From Actinomycetota bacterium (GTDB lineage: Bacteria > Actinomycetota > Actinomycetes > JACCUZ01): a stretch of 64,000 nucleotides of DNA. The notes under the pieces are model-generated. The model was given only the letters and a program-made list of their open reading frames with translations. It was not told the DNA's origin and did no database searches. The position numbers were made by a program, and so were the translations under genes. Each line of letters starts with the position of its first letter. The first letter of the stretch is position 1. Below, piece after piece: positions 35,935 through 45,611 of the stretch. The stretch is taken from NCBI GenBank assembly GCA_030841035.1, contig JAVEDI010000054.1, forward strand, positions 5,048-69,047. The letters are read 5' to 3'.

Positions 35935-36729
35935 ATGCAGAGCCGCAACCCGGTCTTCAACAACAGCAAGGCGTTCAAGAACGGTGGCTACGCCACGTTC
36001 CAGGACGCCCCGGCTGCCAGCGCCACCCAGCTCGAGCAGATGTACACCGCCCCGGCCGCGACCGGGGTCGACACCGGCCGGATGACGATGGACGACGTCG
36101 TCGTCAAGACCGGCCTGATGTTCGCTGTGCTGCTCCCGCTGGCCGCGTTGAACTTCGTCATCGAGAGCCCGCTGCTCACCCTCGGCGGACTGGTCGTCGG
36201 GCTGGTGCTCGGACTGATCATCTCCTTCAAGCAGTCGACCAGCCCGGTGCTCACGCTGGCCTACGCCGCCGCCGAGGGACTGTTCCTTGGTGGCATCAGC
36301 AAGGTCTTCGAGGTCAAGTGGCCGGGCATCGTGCCCCAGGCCGTCCTGGGCACCCTCGCGGTGTTCGCGGTGGCACTGTTCGCCTACAAGAGCGGCCGGG
36401 TGCGGGTGACGCCGAAGTTCCAGCGCACCGTGCTCATCGCGATGGGCGGCTACCTCGTCTTCTCGCTGGTCAACCTCGTGGTGATGATGACCGGCCACGG
36501 GGGCGACTTCGGTCTGCGCCAGGGCGCGTTCGGTTTCGCGATCGGCCTGTTCGCCGTCGGCCTCGCCGCCGCCATGCTGATCCTCGACTTCGACTATGCG
36601 GAGCAGGGGGTGCGCAACGGGCTTCCGCAGCGCTACTCGTGGCTCGCGGCGTTCGGGCTCGTGGTCACCCTGGTGTGGCTCTACATCGAGATCCTGCGGC
36701 TGCTCGCGATCCTGCGCGGCAACGACTAG
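35935..36729 (+). CDS. Bax inhibitor-1/YccA family membrane protein
   Basis: About 264 aa with 7 hydrophobic spans and family-typical N-terminus (MQSRNPVFNNS...). The upstream part of the track ORF overlaps the tRNA and is rejected. Confidence 0.7.
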   Translation: MQSRNPVFNNSKAFKNGGYATFQDAPAASATQLEQMYTAPAATGVDTGRMTMDDVVVKTGLMFAVLLPLAALNFVIESPLLTLGGLVVGLVLGLIISFKQSTSPVLTLAYAAAEGLFLGGISKVFEVKWPGIVPQAVLGTLAVFAVALFAYKSGRVRVTPKFQRTVLIAMGGYLVFSLVNLVVMMTGHGGDFGLRQGAFGFAIGLFAVGLAAAMLILDFDYAEQGVRNGLPQRYSWLAAFGLVVTLVWLYIEILRLLAILRGND

Positions 36730-36795
36730 CCGCCACCACGACGGCAGAAGGCCGCCGACCCGCCCGGGCCGGCGGCCTTCGTCGTCTGCCCAGCC

Positions 36796-37200
36796 TCAGG
36801 TGGCGGGACCGGCCCGCTCGATGGCGAAGCGGACGGCGACCCGCCCCTCGCGCACCATCGCGGCGCGGTAGTCGTCCCAGTTGTCGTGCTCGCCGCTGGC
36901 CCGGCGGAAGTAGTCCACCAGCACGTCGAGCGCCTCGGGCTGCTCGACGATCTCCGCGGTCCCCTCGACCTGCCCCCAGTCGCCGAAGAACCCGTTGTTG
37001 AGCAGGCACAGCGCTATCGACGGGTTCCGGCGCAGGTTGCGTGTCTTCGCGGCGCCCTCCGTGGTCGAGACGACGACCCGACCCTGGTCGTCGACCACGG
37101 CGAGGACCGGCGACATCTGGGGGCGACCGTCGGCGCGGAACGTCGACAGCACGGCGCGGTGGTTGTCACGCAGGAAGGCGCGGGCGTCCTCGGGTGTCAC
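36796..37200 (-). CDS. PPOX-class (pyridoxamine 5'-phosphate oxidase-like) probable F420-dependent oxidoreductase
   Basis: Split-barrel family pattern (AFLRDNHRAVLSTFRADGRPQMSPV). Confidence 0.6.
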   Translation of the reverse strand: MTPEDARAFLRDNHRAVLSTFRADGRPQMSPVLAVVDDQGRVVVSTTEGAAKTRNLRRNPSIALCLLNNGFFGDWGQVEGTAEIVEQPEALDVLVDYFRRASGEHDNWDDYRAAMVREGRVAVRFAIERAGPAT

Positions 37201-37227
37201 GGCGCTGCCTGTCGAGGGGACACGACG

Positions 37228-37458
37228 TCAGGCGTGGCGGCGGGCGCCGCGCCGCTTGTCGTGCTCGTGCACGATCGCGGTCGCGTGGCCGTGGGAGAGC
37301 CCGTGTTCGTCGCGCAGCCAGTTGACGCGCTCCTCGAAGCGCAGCAGGCCGGGACCGTTCTCGAGGGCTTGGAACCACTCGGGCAGATCGCGTCCGGTGG
37401 CGACCGGCACGCGCTCGATCAGCTGCTGATGCGTTGCCTCGGAGTGGTGCAGGGACAT
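37228..37458 (-). CDS. DUF4287 domain protein
   Basis: Start set at the internal Met (MSLHHSEATHQQLIERVPVATGRDLPEWFQAL), preceded 5-6 nt upstream by GGAGG. About 76 aa. Confidence 0.5.
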   Translation of the reverse strand: MSLHHSEATHQQLIERVPVATGRDLPEWFQALENGPGLLRFEERVNWLRDEHGLSHGHATAIVHEHDKRRGARRHA

Positions 37459-37681
37459 CGGGCGCCTCCACGGGTGGTTCGTCAGTGGTCCATGGTCCGA
37501 GCCTGCCTGACGGAGGCGGGTCACCACAACCCCGGCAGGCGGGTTCGACCCGCTTCAGCCCTGCGGAGCTGCTGCGGGAAGCAGTGGGTAGGGACGCTGC
37601 CGGATCGTGGGATCGTCCGGACGTGGACCGCCGAACGATGTCGCTCAGCGGCACCCGAAGGCGGATGGCTAGGCTCCGGGC

Positions 37682-38236
37682 ATGAGTGATGTCGACTCCC
37701 GGTCCGCCTCGTCTGCGGCCGCCGAGGTCGAGTCCCTGCTGTCAGTTCTCGAACGTAATCGGCGGACCTTCGCGTGGAAGACGTCGGGTCTGGACGAGGA
37801 GGGCATGCGCGCCACCACGGGTGCGAGTGCGATGACCCTGGGTGGTCTCGTCAAGCATGTCGCGCTGGTCGAGGCAGACTGGCTGGCTGTCAAGCTCGCC
37901 GGCCAGGCGTACGGACGCCCGTGGGACGGAGTGGACTTCGACGCCGATCCCGACTGGGAATGGCGCACCGGGGCGCTGGATGCTCCGCAGGACGTGCACG
38001 GACTCTGGCGAGACGCGGTCGAGCGGTCGCGCGAGCTGGTCGCCGAGGTGATCAGCGAGCGCGGGCTCGATGGACCCGCGTCCTTCACCTGGCCGGACGG
38101 GCGCACACCGAGCGTCCGCGTCATGCTCTTGGACATGATCGAGGAGTATGCGCGTCATACGGGCCACGCGGACATCCTGCGCGAGGCAGTCGATGGTCGC
38201 GTGGGAGAAAGCGCACCGCAGGACTTCACCTTCTAG
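37682..38236 (+). CDS. DinB-like / DUF664 family protein
   Basis: WKTSGLDEEGMRAT...LGGLVKHVALVEADW pattern of the DUF664/DinB_2 superfamily. Confidence 0.55.
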   Translation: MSDVDSRSASSAAAEVESLLSVLERNRRTFAWKTSGLDEEGMRATTGASAMTLGGLVKHVALVEADWLAVKLAGQAYGRPWDGVDFDADPDWEWRTGALDAPQDVHGLWRDAVERSRELVAEVISERGLDGPASFTWPDGRTPSVRVMLLDMIEEYARHTGHADILREAVDGRVGESAPQDFTF

Positions 38237-38333
38237 AACGTCGGCAACGGCCGCTCTCGGCGCGCAGCGCCCGACCACGCCGCTGGCGGGGTGTTGGGAG
38301 ACCGCAGGCGTGGCCTCGAGGAGATCCAGTGGC

Positions 38334-38831
38334 GTCGGAGTGCGGCACGTGCTCGGCAGCGAGCACCACCGCCTGCGACAGCTGCGCCTCGCGTCGCTTG
38401 CCGGCGACCCGCAGGCGTTCGGCTCCACGTATGCGCGCGAAGCCGCTCAGCCGATGGCGTGGTGGGAGCGGTGGGCTGAGCAGTCCGAGCGGGGAACCAG
38501 CCAGCGCACGTTCGTGCTCGAGGCCGACGACGGACGATGGCTCGGACTGGCGCTTGTCCGTCTTGACGAGCAGAGCTCCGGCTCGGCGGTCCTCAACGCG
38601 ATGTGGGTAGCGCCCGCGGCTCGTGGTCGTCGCCTGGCCGCTCTGCTGTGCGAGGCGTGCGCCGGGTGGGCGGCCGAGCGCAGGTGCCTCGAGCTGACGC
38701 TCACGGTCGTGGTCGACAACGGCGCGGCTCGTCGCGCCTATGAGCTGGCAGGCTTCGCGGTCTGCGGCGAGACGACATGGGTGCGCGACGGGCGCACCCT
38801 GGAGGAGCTCGTCATGGCCCGCGCGCTGTAG
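38334..38831 (+). CDS. GNAT-family N-acetyltransferase (start approximate, +/- a few codons)
   Basis: C-terminal acetyl-CoA-binding motif (LNAMWVAPAARGRRLAALLCEACAGWA). Start placed at the first Val after the DUF664 stop. The upstream part of the ORF overlaps the previous gene. Confidence 0.55.
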   Translation, partial: VGVRHVLGSEHHRLRQLRLASLAGDPQAFGSTYAREAAQPMAWWERWAEQSERGTSQRTFVLEADDGRWLGLALVRLDEQSSGSAVLNAMWVAPAARGRRLAALLCEACAGWAAERRCLELTLTVVVDNGAARRAYELAGFAVCGETTWVRDGRTLEELVMARAL

Positions 38832-38894
38832 CGCGCTCCGTTAGGGGACCCAGTCCTGCGACGAGGCCGGACCTGGATCGCCTACTGTGGCGGC

Positions 38895-39326
38895 GTGTCG
38901 CCCGCTGCGCAACATGACCGGCCGGCCGGGGCGGATCCCGCGAGCTGGGCGGGCGAGGTGGCGGCGGTGGCCGCCGACGTACGCCGCGTGGCCGAGCGCC
39001 TGAGCAGCCTCTCGCAGGCCCGCCTGACCGGCGCCGTACCGGGCTTCGCCAGCTGCGCGGACGCGGCGCGGCGGACCGCCCAGGTGCTCGCGGACGCCGC
39101 GGCCGGTCTGGAGGCGGGCCAGCACGCTCCGAGCTGGCGGGAGGTGCCGCTGCTGGGCGACTTCAGCGTCGCCGACCAGGTCGCGGTGACCGGCCACGAC
39201 GCCGCGGCGGCGCTAGGACGTGCCGCGCCCACCGATCCCGCCTGGACCCGCGAAGGGCCTGCCGACGCCGGCCGGGTGCTGGCGGACGCCCGCGGCGCCC
39301 TCGCCGAGCTCCGCCGTCTGCTCTGA
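38895..39326 (+). CDS. hypothetical Ala-rich protein
   Basis: 143-aa ORF with non-Arg-biased composition and no recognisable domain. Confidence 0.35.
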   Translation: MSPAAQHDRPAGADPASWAGEVAAVAADVRRVAERLSSLSQARLTGAVPGFASCADAARRTAQVLADAAAGLEAGQHAPSWREVPLLGDFSVADQVAVTGHDAAAALGRAAPTDPAWTREGPADAGRVLADARGALAELRRLL

Positions 39327-39353
39327 GCCGGGTGCTCGCGGCCGGCGTGGTGG

Positions 39354-40577
39354 CTAGGACAGCCGCTGCAGCACCATCGCCATGCCCTGACCCCCGCCCA
39401 CGCACATCGTCACCAGCCCGAGCTCCTTGTCGCGGCTGACCAGCCCGTTGAGCAGCGTCGCGGTGAGGCGAGCGCCGGTAGCGCCGAAGGGGTGGCCGAG
39501 CGCGATGGCACCGCCGTGCACGTTGAGCCGGTCGATGTCGATGCCCAGCTCCCGGTAGGAGGGGATCACCTGGGCGGCGAACGCCTCGTTGATCTCCACG
39601 AGGTCGATGTCGTCGATCGTCAGGCCGCCCAGCGCCAGGGCCCGGCGCGACGACTCGACCGGCCCGAGGCCCATGATCTCGGGGGAGAGCCCCGAGACGC
39701 CGGTCGCCACGATGCGGGCGAGTGGGGTGATGCCCAGTTCGGCTGCTCTCGTGTCGGACATGACGACCACCGCCGCCGCGCCGTCGTTGAGCGGGCAGCA
39801 GTTGCCCGCCGTCACGGTGCCCTGATCCCGGAAGACCGGCTGGAGCGCGCTGACGCCCTCGAGCGTCACGCCGGGTCGGGGACCGTCGTCGCGGGTCACC
39901 ACCGTGCCGTCCGGGGTGGTCACCGGCGTGATCTCGCGGTCGAAGAAGCCGTCGGCGATGGCCTTCTCGGCGAGGTTCTGGGAGCGCACACCGAACTCGT
40001 CCTGCTCGGCGCGAGTGATGCCACGCGAGGAGGCGAGGTTCTCGGCGGTCTGACCCATGGCGATGTAGACGTCGGGCAGCAGGGCGTCCTGGCGCGGGTC
40101 GTGCCACGGCTGGTTGGTCCTCGCGGTGGCCTCGGTCCGCGCCCGAGCCTCGTCGAAGATCGGGTTGAGGAACGCGTCCGGGGCCCCACCGGCGCCGCGG
40201 AAGGCCGCATAGCGCGAGACGCACTCGACGCCGGCCGAGATGAACGCGTGCCCTTCACCTGCCTTGATGGCGTGCAAGGCCATCCGCGAGGTCTGCACCG
40301 AGGACGCACAGAACCGGTTGACGGTCGTGCCGGGCAGGGGGTCGCGGCCGAGGGCGACCGCCACCCGGCGGGCCATGTTGACGCCCTGCTCACCCTCGGG
40401 CTCGGCGCAACCGAGCAGCAGGTCGTCGATCTCGCTCAGGCCGAGCGCCGGCACGGTGTCCAGCGCCGCCTGCACGATCGTGGTCGCCAGGTCGTCAGGG
40501 CGCACGTCCTTGAGCGAGCCCTTGAAGGCACGCCCGATGGGGCTGCGCGCCGTCGCCACGATGACTGCCTCGGGCAT
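39354..40577 (-). CDS. fadA: acetyl-CoA C-acyltransferase (thiolase)
   Basis: Thiolase signatures (NRFCASSVQ active-site Cys; GNCCPLNDGAAA; C-terminal GGGQGMAM). Start at MPEAVIVATARSPIGRA. Confidence 0.9.
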   Translation of the reverse strand: MPEAVIVATARSPIGRAFKGSLKDVRPDDLATTIVQAALDTVPALGLSEIDDLLLGCAEPEGEQGVNMARRVAVALGRDPLPGTTVNRFCASSVQTSRMALHAIKAGEGHAFISAGVECVSRYAAFRGAGGAPDAFLNPIFDEARARTEATARTNQPWHDPRQDALLPDVYIAMGQTAENLASSRGITRAEQDEFGVRSQNLAEKAIADGFFDREITPVTTPDGTVVTRDDGPRPGVTLEGVSALQPVFRDQGTVTAGNCCPLNDGAAAVVVMSDTRAAELGITPLARIVATGVSGLSPEIMGLGPVESSRRALALGGLTIDDIDLVEINEAFAAQVIPSYRELGIDIDRLNVHGGAIALGHPFGATGARLTATLLNGLVSRDKELGLVTMCVGGGQGMAMVLQRLS

Positions 40578-40659
40578 GACCGGCCTCCTCGGGAGGGGAT
40601 GGGGGCACCTGCCGGCCATTCAACCTGCTGGCCGCTCGCGGCGCTGCCTCGGGCCGGGG

Positions 40660-41763
40660 TCAGGACGGTGCGGGGGAGGACTCCTCGGGCACCGGCTCGG
40701 TGCCGTCGGCAGGGTCGGTCGGGTCCGGCTCCGCGGCCTGCTCGCGGGCGTCGCCCTCGGCCGCTGCGGCCACGGCCGGTGCGGTCTGACGAGGGCGGCG
40801 ACGCAGCAGCGCCCATCGGCCGCGCGGGCCACGCTCGGCGCCGCCCACCCGGGCGGGGCCGACCTCGGTGCCCGCCCGGTCGGCGGCCTCCACGGCGGCC
40901 ACCGCGATCGGTCGCACGCCCTCGCCGCGCAACAGGTCGGGCCGCTGCTCCTCGGTAGCCTCGAACCACACCTCCAGGGACGCGCACAGGGTCGGCAGCA
41001 GCGCCGCGGCGGCGCTCGCGTAGCCGGCGACCGAGGGGTGGAACCGGTCGGGCCCGAACATCTCGGCAGGCGACGCCTCGAACTCCGGGCCGAGGATGTC
41101 CCCGAGTGAGACGCTGCGACCGCCCGCCTCGACCACCGCGATCGTCTGCGCAGCAGCCAGCGCCCGGCTGGAGCGGCGGGCGATCCAGCGCAGCGGCTGA
41201 GGGACCGGCTCCACGGTGCCCAGATCCGGACAGGTGCCGACCACGACCTCGCTGCCGAGCTCGCGCAACCGGCGTACGGCCTGGTCGAGGTAGCGCACCG
41301 CGGTGGGCGGCCGCACTCGGTGGGTAACGTCGTTGGCGCCGATCATGATCACGGCGACGTCGGGCGGCCGGACGCCGCTCTCCAGCAGGCGGGTGATCTG
41401 GCCGTCGAGGTCGCTGCTCTGCGCTCCCACCACCGAGACGACCGAGAGCGCCACCGGCCGGTCGGCGCACTCGGCCAGCCCGGCGGCCATCATGGCGCCC
41501 GGCGTCTGGTGCGGGTGCTCGACCCCGAGCCCGCAGGCCGAGGAGTCGCCCAGGACCGCGAGCCGGATGGCTGGGCCGCTGTAGTGGCGCCCGTAGACGC
41601 CGTCGGCAAGGGGTGGCGTCCCCTCCGGCTCACCGATCGCCCGGCGCGCGAGGGCGGCCTCCGTGCGGATCAGCCCGAACGCACCGGCGGTCAGCAGGCC
41701 CAACCCCCCGCCACCGTAGGCGGCAGCGACGGCGACCCGGCGTGCGCGGCTGGCCCGGCTCAC
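40660..41763 (-). CDS. SGNH/GDSL-family hydrolase, membrane-anchored, with acidic Pro-rich C-terminal tail
   Basis: LAVLGDSSACGLG (GDS block), IMIGANDV and hydrophobic N-terminal anchor. GTG start overlaps the upstream MBL gene stop (GTGA). Confidence 0.7.
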   Translation of the reverse strand: MSRASRARRVAVAAAYGGGGLGLLTAGAFGLIRTEAALARRAIGEPEGTPPLADGVYGRHYSGPAIRLAVLGDSSACGLGVEHPHQTPGAMMAAGLAECADRPVALSVVSVVGAQSSDLDGQITRLLESGVRPPDVAVIMIGANDVTHRVRPPTAVRYLDQAVRRLRELGSEVVVGTCPDLGTVEPVPQPLRWIARRSSRALAAAQTIAVVEAGGRSVSLGDILGPEFEASPAEMFGPDRFHPSVAGYASAAAALLPTLCASLEVWFEATEEQRPDLLRGEGVRPIAVAAVEAADRAGTEVGPARVGGAERGPRGRWALLRRRPRQTAPAVAAAAEGDAREQAAEPDPTDPADGTEPVPEESSPAPS

Positions 41764-42476
41764 CCTTCGCCCGCATTGCGCCGCAGGAAGCCGCGCACCG
41801 CCTCGCGAGCGCCCTCGCGGATCTCGGGCCCGTGCGTGAACGCCGCCACCTGGTAGTCCAGCTCGCCGAGCACGTGCGCGGTCTGCTTGCCCAGCTTCGC
41901 GTCGGTGCACGACGCCGCGATCGGCCAGGTCATGCGGGCGCGCATGTTCCAGATGCAGTCGCCGGTGACGAGCACCTGGCTGGGCTCGTGCAGCAGCGCG
42001 ACGTGCCCCGGCGTGTGGCCCGGCGTGTGCAGCACGCGCAGGCCGCCGGCGACGTCGAGCAGCTGGCCGTCGCTCAGCTCCTCGTCGACCTGGGTCGGCA
42101 GGGAGCCCCGGCTGCGGCGCAGCAGCCGCCCGCCGAGCCCGGAGCGGTCGAGCACCGGCCCTTTGCCCTCGCGCACGTAGGGGGCGTCTCGTTCGTGCAC
42201 GGCGACCCGCCCCGGCGTACGCCCACGCAGCGCCGACAGGCCTCCGACATGGTCGGGGTGCGCGTGGGTCACGATGATGCGCGTGACGTCGGACGGCGTC
42301 GCGCCGATGTGCTCCAGCCCGTCGACGATGCGCTGCGGTGCCCGCTTCGTGCCGGCGTCGACGAGCGTGACCTGACCGTCGTCGTCGAGGAAGGCGAAGG
42401 TGTTGACCAGGTCCAGAGGGGTGGTCGGGATGCGCCACACGCCGGGCGCGAGCTGCACGGCCGGTGTCCTCGCCAC
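41760..42476 (-). CDS. MBL-fold metallo-hydrolase
   Basis: HAHPDH, DxxGG and TPGHTPGH metal-binding motifs. C-terminal 238 aa of track ORF 41760..45698. Start approximate. Confidence 0.68.
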   Translation of the reverse strand: MARTPAVQLAPGVWRIPTTPLDLVNTFAFLDDDGQVTLVDAGTKRAPQRIVDGLEHIGATPSDVTRIIVTHAHPDHVGGLSALRGRTPGRVAVHERDAPYVREGKGPVLDRSGLGGRLLRRSRGSLPTQVDEELSDGQLLDVAGGLRVLHTPGHTPGHVALLHEPSQVLVTGDCIWNMRARMTWPIAASCTDAKLGKQTAHVLGELDYQVAAFTHGPEIREGAREAVRGFLRRNAGEG

Positions 42477-42536
42477 CCTCGGAATGTATCGGACACGCCT
42501 GACGAGGCCGCGTGCCGCGGCCTCTACGCTCTGACC

Positions 42537-43907
42537 ATGGAGTTCGCGGAGTCCGTCGTCGACCTGATCGGCAACACCCCTTTGGTCAAGCTGTCCTCGG
42601 TCGCCGCCGACGTCCCCGCGACCGTGCTGGCCAAGGTCGAGTACTTCAACCCCGGGGGGTCGGTGAAGGACCGCATCGCGCTGCGGATGGTCGAGGCGGC
42701 CGAGAAGTCGGGCGAGCTGCCTCCGGGCGGCACGATCGTCGAACCGACGTCGGGCAATACCGGCGTGGGCCTGGCCATCGTCGCCCAGCGCAAGGGTTAC
42801 GACTGCGTGTTCGTGCTCCCCGACAAGGTCTCCCAGGACAAGATCAACGTCCTGACGGCGTACGGCGCGCGGGTGGAGGTCTGCCCGACCGCCGTCGCGC
42901 CCGAGGACCCCCGCTCCTACTACTCGGTCAGTGACCGGCTGGTCCGGGAGATCCCGTCGGCCTGGAAGCCCGACCAGTACTCCAACCCCAACAACGCCCG
43001 TTCCCACTACGAGACGACCGGCCCGGAGATCTGGCGCCAGACCGACGGGCGTATCACGCACTTCGTCGCGGGCGTCGGGACCGGTGGCACCATCAGCGGC
43101 ACCGGTCGCTACCTCAAGGAGGCCAGCGACGGCCGGGTCCGGGTCGTCGGTGCCGACCCGGAGGGCTCGGTGTACTCGGGCGGGACCGGACGGCCGTACC
43201 TCGTCGAAGGTGTGGGGGAGGACTTCTGGCCGCAGGCCTACGACCCGACGGTGTCCGATGAGATCGTGCCGGTCAGTGACCGCGACTCGTTCCTCATGAC
43301 CCGACGTCTGGCCCGCGAGGAGGGCCTGCTGGTCGGCGGGTCCTGCGGCATGGCGGTCGTCGCGGCGCTGGGCGTCGCGTCGCGGGCGACCGCGGACGAC
43401 CTCGTCGTCGTGCTGCTGCCCGACGGCGGGCGCGGCTACCTCGGGAAGATCTTCAGCGACGACTGGATGGCCGACTACGGCTTCACGTCGCGGGCGGTCT
43501 CCGGCGTGACGGTCGGTGACGTGCTGCGGCGCAAGGGCGAGGCGGCCCCGGCGCTGATCCACGTGCACCCCAACGAGACGGTTCGCGAGGCCATCGACAT
43601 CCTGCGCGAGTACGCCGTCTCGCAGATGCCGGTCGTCAAGGCCGAGCCGCCGGTCACGGCGGGCGAGGTCGTGGGGTCGGTCATCGAGAAGGAGCTGCTC
43701 GACCTGCTGTTCTCCGGCCGGGCCCACCTGGCCGACCCGCTCGAGCGGCACATGTCCGCCCCCCTGCCGATCGTCGGCTCCGGCGAGCCGGTCGTCGCCG
43801 CGACCGCGGCGCTGGAGAACGCCGACGCCGTGCTGGTGCACGACGACGGCAAGCCGAGCGGCGTGCTCACCCGCCAGGACCTGCTCAGCTTCCTCGCCTC
43901 GGTGTGA
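42537..43907 (+). CDS. cbs: cystathionine beta-synthase (PLP fold plus tandem CBS domains)
   Basis: PLP-lysine motif (GGSVKDRIA), TSGNTGVGLA and C-terminal CBS pair. ATG 42537. Confidence 0.9.
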   Translation: MEFAESVVDLIGNTPLVKLSSVAADVPATVLAKVEYFNPGGSVKDRIALRMVEAAEKSGELPPGGTIVEPTSGNTGVGLAIVAQRKGYDCVFVLPDKVSQDKINVLTAYGARVEVCPTAVAPEDPRSYYSVSDRLVREIPSAWKPDQYSNPNNARSHYETTGPEIWRQTDGRITHFVAGVGTGGTISGTGRYLKEASDGRVRVVGADPEGSVYSGGTGRPYLVEGVGEDFWPQAYDPTVSDEIVPVSDRDSFLMTRRLAREEGLLVGGSCGMAVVAALGVASRATADDLVVVLLPDGGRGYLGKIFSDDWMADYGFTSRAVSGVTVGDVLRRKGEAAPALIHVHPNETVREAIDILREYAVSQMPVVKAEPPVTAGEVVGSVIEKELLDLLFSGRAHLADPLERHMSAPLPIVGSGEPVVAATAALENADAVLVHDDGKPSGVLTRQDLLSFLASV

Positions 43908-44051
43908 GCATCCCATCGGGGGTCGCCCGGCGCGGGCCCACCCGCCAGATTGGAGGACGTCGCCCCGGGTAGGACGGCCCCGCGACCGTGACCGCACCCG
44001 ACGTGCGACAAGATCACGGCGTACTCCCCTACCAGGTACTAGGAGGTTCGG

Positions 44052-44279
44052 ATGACGCTCGACGACACGACCACCCCTGACGAGCGCGGCCCCGCCGACG
44101 GCGGTGCGGGCGGCGTTCCCGGGGAGAGCGACGGCGGAGCCGACGGCGGTGCCCACGGCCCCGCGGACGGCGGCGCGAGCGGTGCGCCCGGCGGCACTGA
44201 CGGTGGCGCCGACGGCGGCGCCGACGCCGATGGTGGCGCGGACGGCGGCGCGGACGCTGGAGCCGACGGCGGCGCCTGA
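44052..44279 (+). CDS. small acidic Gly/Asp/Ala-repeat protein (hypothetical, low complexity)
   Basis: 75-aa ORF. AGGAGG (44041-44046) sits 5 nt before the ATG. Product is built from (A)DGG(A) repeats encoded by reiterated gacggcggcgc units. Confidence 0.4.
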   Translation: MTLDDTTTPDERGPADGGAGGVPGESDGGADGGAHGPADGGASGAPGGTDGGADGGADADGGADGGADAGADGGA

Positions 44280-44345
44280 GCTGCCTGACGCCAGGAGCAC
44301 GAGCTGACCAGCCCCGATGGCGGTCAGGGGGCGGCCGGGTCCGCG

Positions 44346-45611
44346 GTGACGGGACCCGGTCGCCCCGCGCTGCGCCGTTGCGTCGCCGCCGACCCCGACC
44401 TGTTCGCGCGCGAGCTCTGGTCGCGGGCGCCGGTGCTCTCGACGTACGACGCCCTGGGTGCGGTCGGCTTTGCGGACCTCTTCTCGCTCGAGGCCGTCGA
44501 CGAGCTGCTCTCCCGGCGGGGGCTGCGCACGCCGTTCATCCGCATCGCGAGGAACGGCGAGCTGGTGGGTGAGCGGCGCTTCACCCGCTCGGGCGGCACC
44601 GGTGCCACCATCGCCGACCAGGTCGCGGACGACCGGGTGCTGGCGCTCTTCGCCGACGGGCACACCGTGGTGCTGCAGGGGCTGCACCGGCTGTGGCCCC
44701 CGCTCATCGACTTCGCGGGCTCGCTGACGAGCGACCTCGGCCACCCGGTCCAGATCAACGCCTACGTCACCCCACCGGCATCGCGCGGCTTCTCGGCCCA
44801 CTACGACGTGCACGACGTGTTCGTGCTGCAGGTCGCCGGCGAGAAGCGGTGGCGCATCCACGAGCCGGTGCTGCGCGAGCCGCTGCGCTCGCAGCCGTGG
44901 ACCGACCGCCGGGCGGCGGTCGAGGCCCGCGCCACCGAGCCTCCCGTCATCGACGAGGTGCTGCGGCCGGGTGACGCCCTGTACCTCCCGCGCGGCTACC
45001 TGCACGCCGCCGAGGCGCTGGGTGGCGTGTCCTGCCACCTGACCGTGGGCATCCACCCGATCACCCGCCAGGCGGTGCTGGCGTCGCTGGTGGCGTTGCT
45101 CGGCGAGGACTCGGCCCTGCGGGCCTCCCTGCCCCTCGGCGTGGACCTGTCGGACCCGGCGGCCATCGAGGCCGACGTGCAGGCCACCGTCGCGGTCCTC
45201 ACCGAGCGGCTGCGGTCGGTGAGCCCCGCGGAGGTGGCGCAGCGGCTGGCCGAGCGCTCCGTGGCGAGCACCCGGCCGGCGCCGATCGCTCCGCTGGCCC
45301 AGGCGGGGGCGCTCGCGACGCTCGACGGCGCGAGCGTGCTCGTGGGGAGAGGCCATCTGCAGCACGCCGTCCGCGACGACGGTGATGAGGTGGTCCTGAC
45401 GCTGCCCGACCGCACGCTGCGCCTGCCCGCCGCGCACGGCAAGGCGCTGCGCGCCACCCTGGACGGCGCTCGGATCGCCGTGCGTGACCTGCCCGGGCTG
45501 GACCTGGACGCCGCGCTCGCGCTGGCCGGTCGGCTGGTCCGCGAGGGGATCGCCGTCCTGGAGGTCCCGACCGGGACCGGCACCGGGCCCACCGCCGACC
45601 ACACGCAGTGA
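44346..45611 (+). CDS. JmjC/cupin-4-like domain protein (putative 2-oxoglutarate/Fe(II) oxygenase)
   Basis: Cupin core with HxD...H-type spacing (GFSAHYDVHDVFVLQVAGEKRWRIHEP...YLPRGYLHAAEALGGVSCHLTVGI). Confidence 0.65.
   Translation: MTGPGRPALRRCVAADPDLFARELWSRAPVLSTYDALGAVGFADLFSLEAVDELLSRRGLRTPFIRIARNGELVGERRFTRSGGTGATIADQVADDRVLALFADGHTVVLQGLHRLWPPLIDFAGSLTSDLGHPVQINAYVTPPASRGFSAHYDVHDVFVLQVAGEKRWRIHEPVLREPLRSQPWTDRRAAVEARATEPPVIDEVLRPGDALYLPRGYLHAAEALGGVSCHLTVGIHPITRQAVLASLVALLGEDSALRASLPLGVDLSDPAAIEADVQATVAVLTERLRSVSPAEVAQRLAERSVASTRPAPIAPLAQAGALATLDGASVLVGRGHLQHAVRDDGDEVVLTLPDRTLRLPAAHGKALRATLDGARIAVRDLPGLDLDAALALAGRLVREGIAVLEVPTGTGTGPTADHTQ

Noticed and set aside
37539-37553. T-arm-like hairpin GCGGGttcgaCCCGC that could suggest a tRNA or tmRNA fragment
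   Set aside because: The loop is 5 nt, not the 7-nt T-loop. No acceptor stem or anticodon arm can be built around it. It is most likely an ordinary intergenic hairpin.
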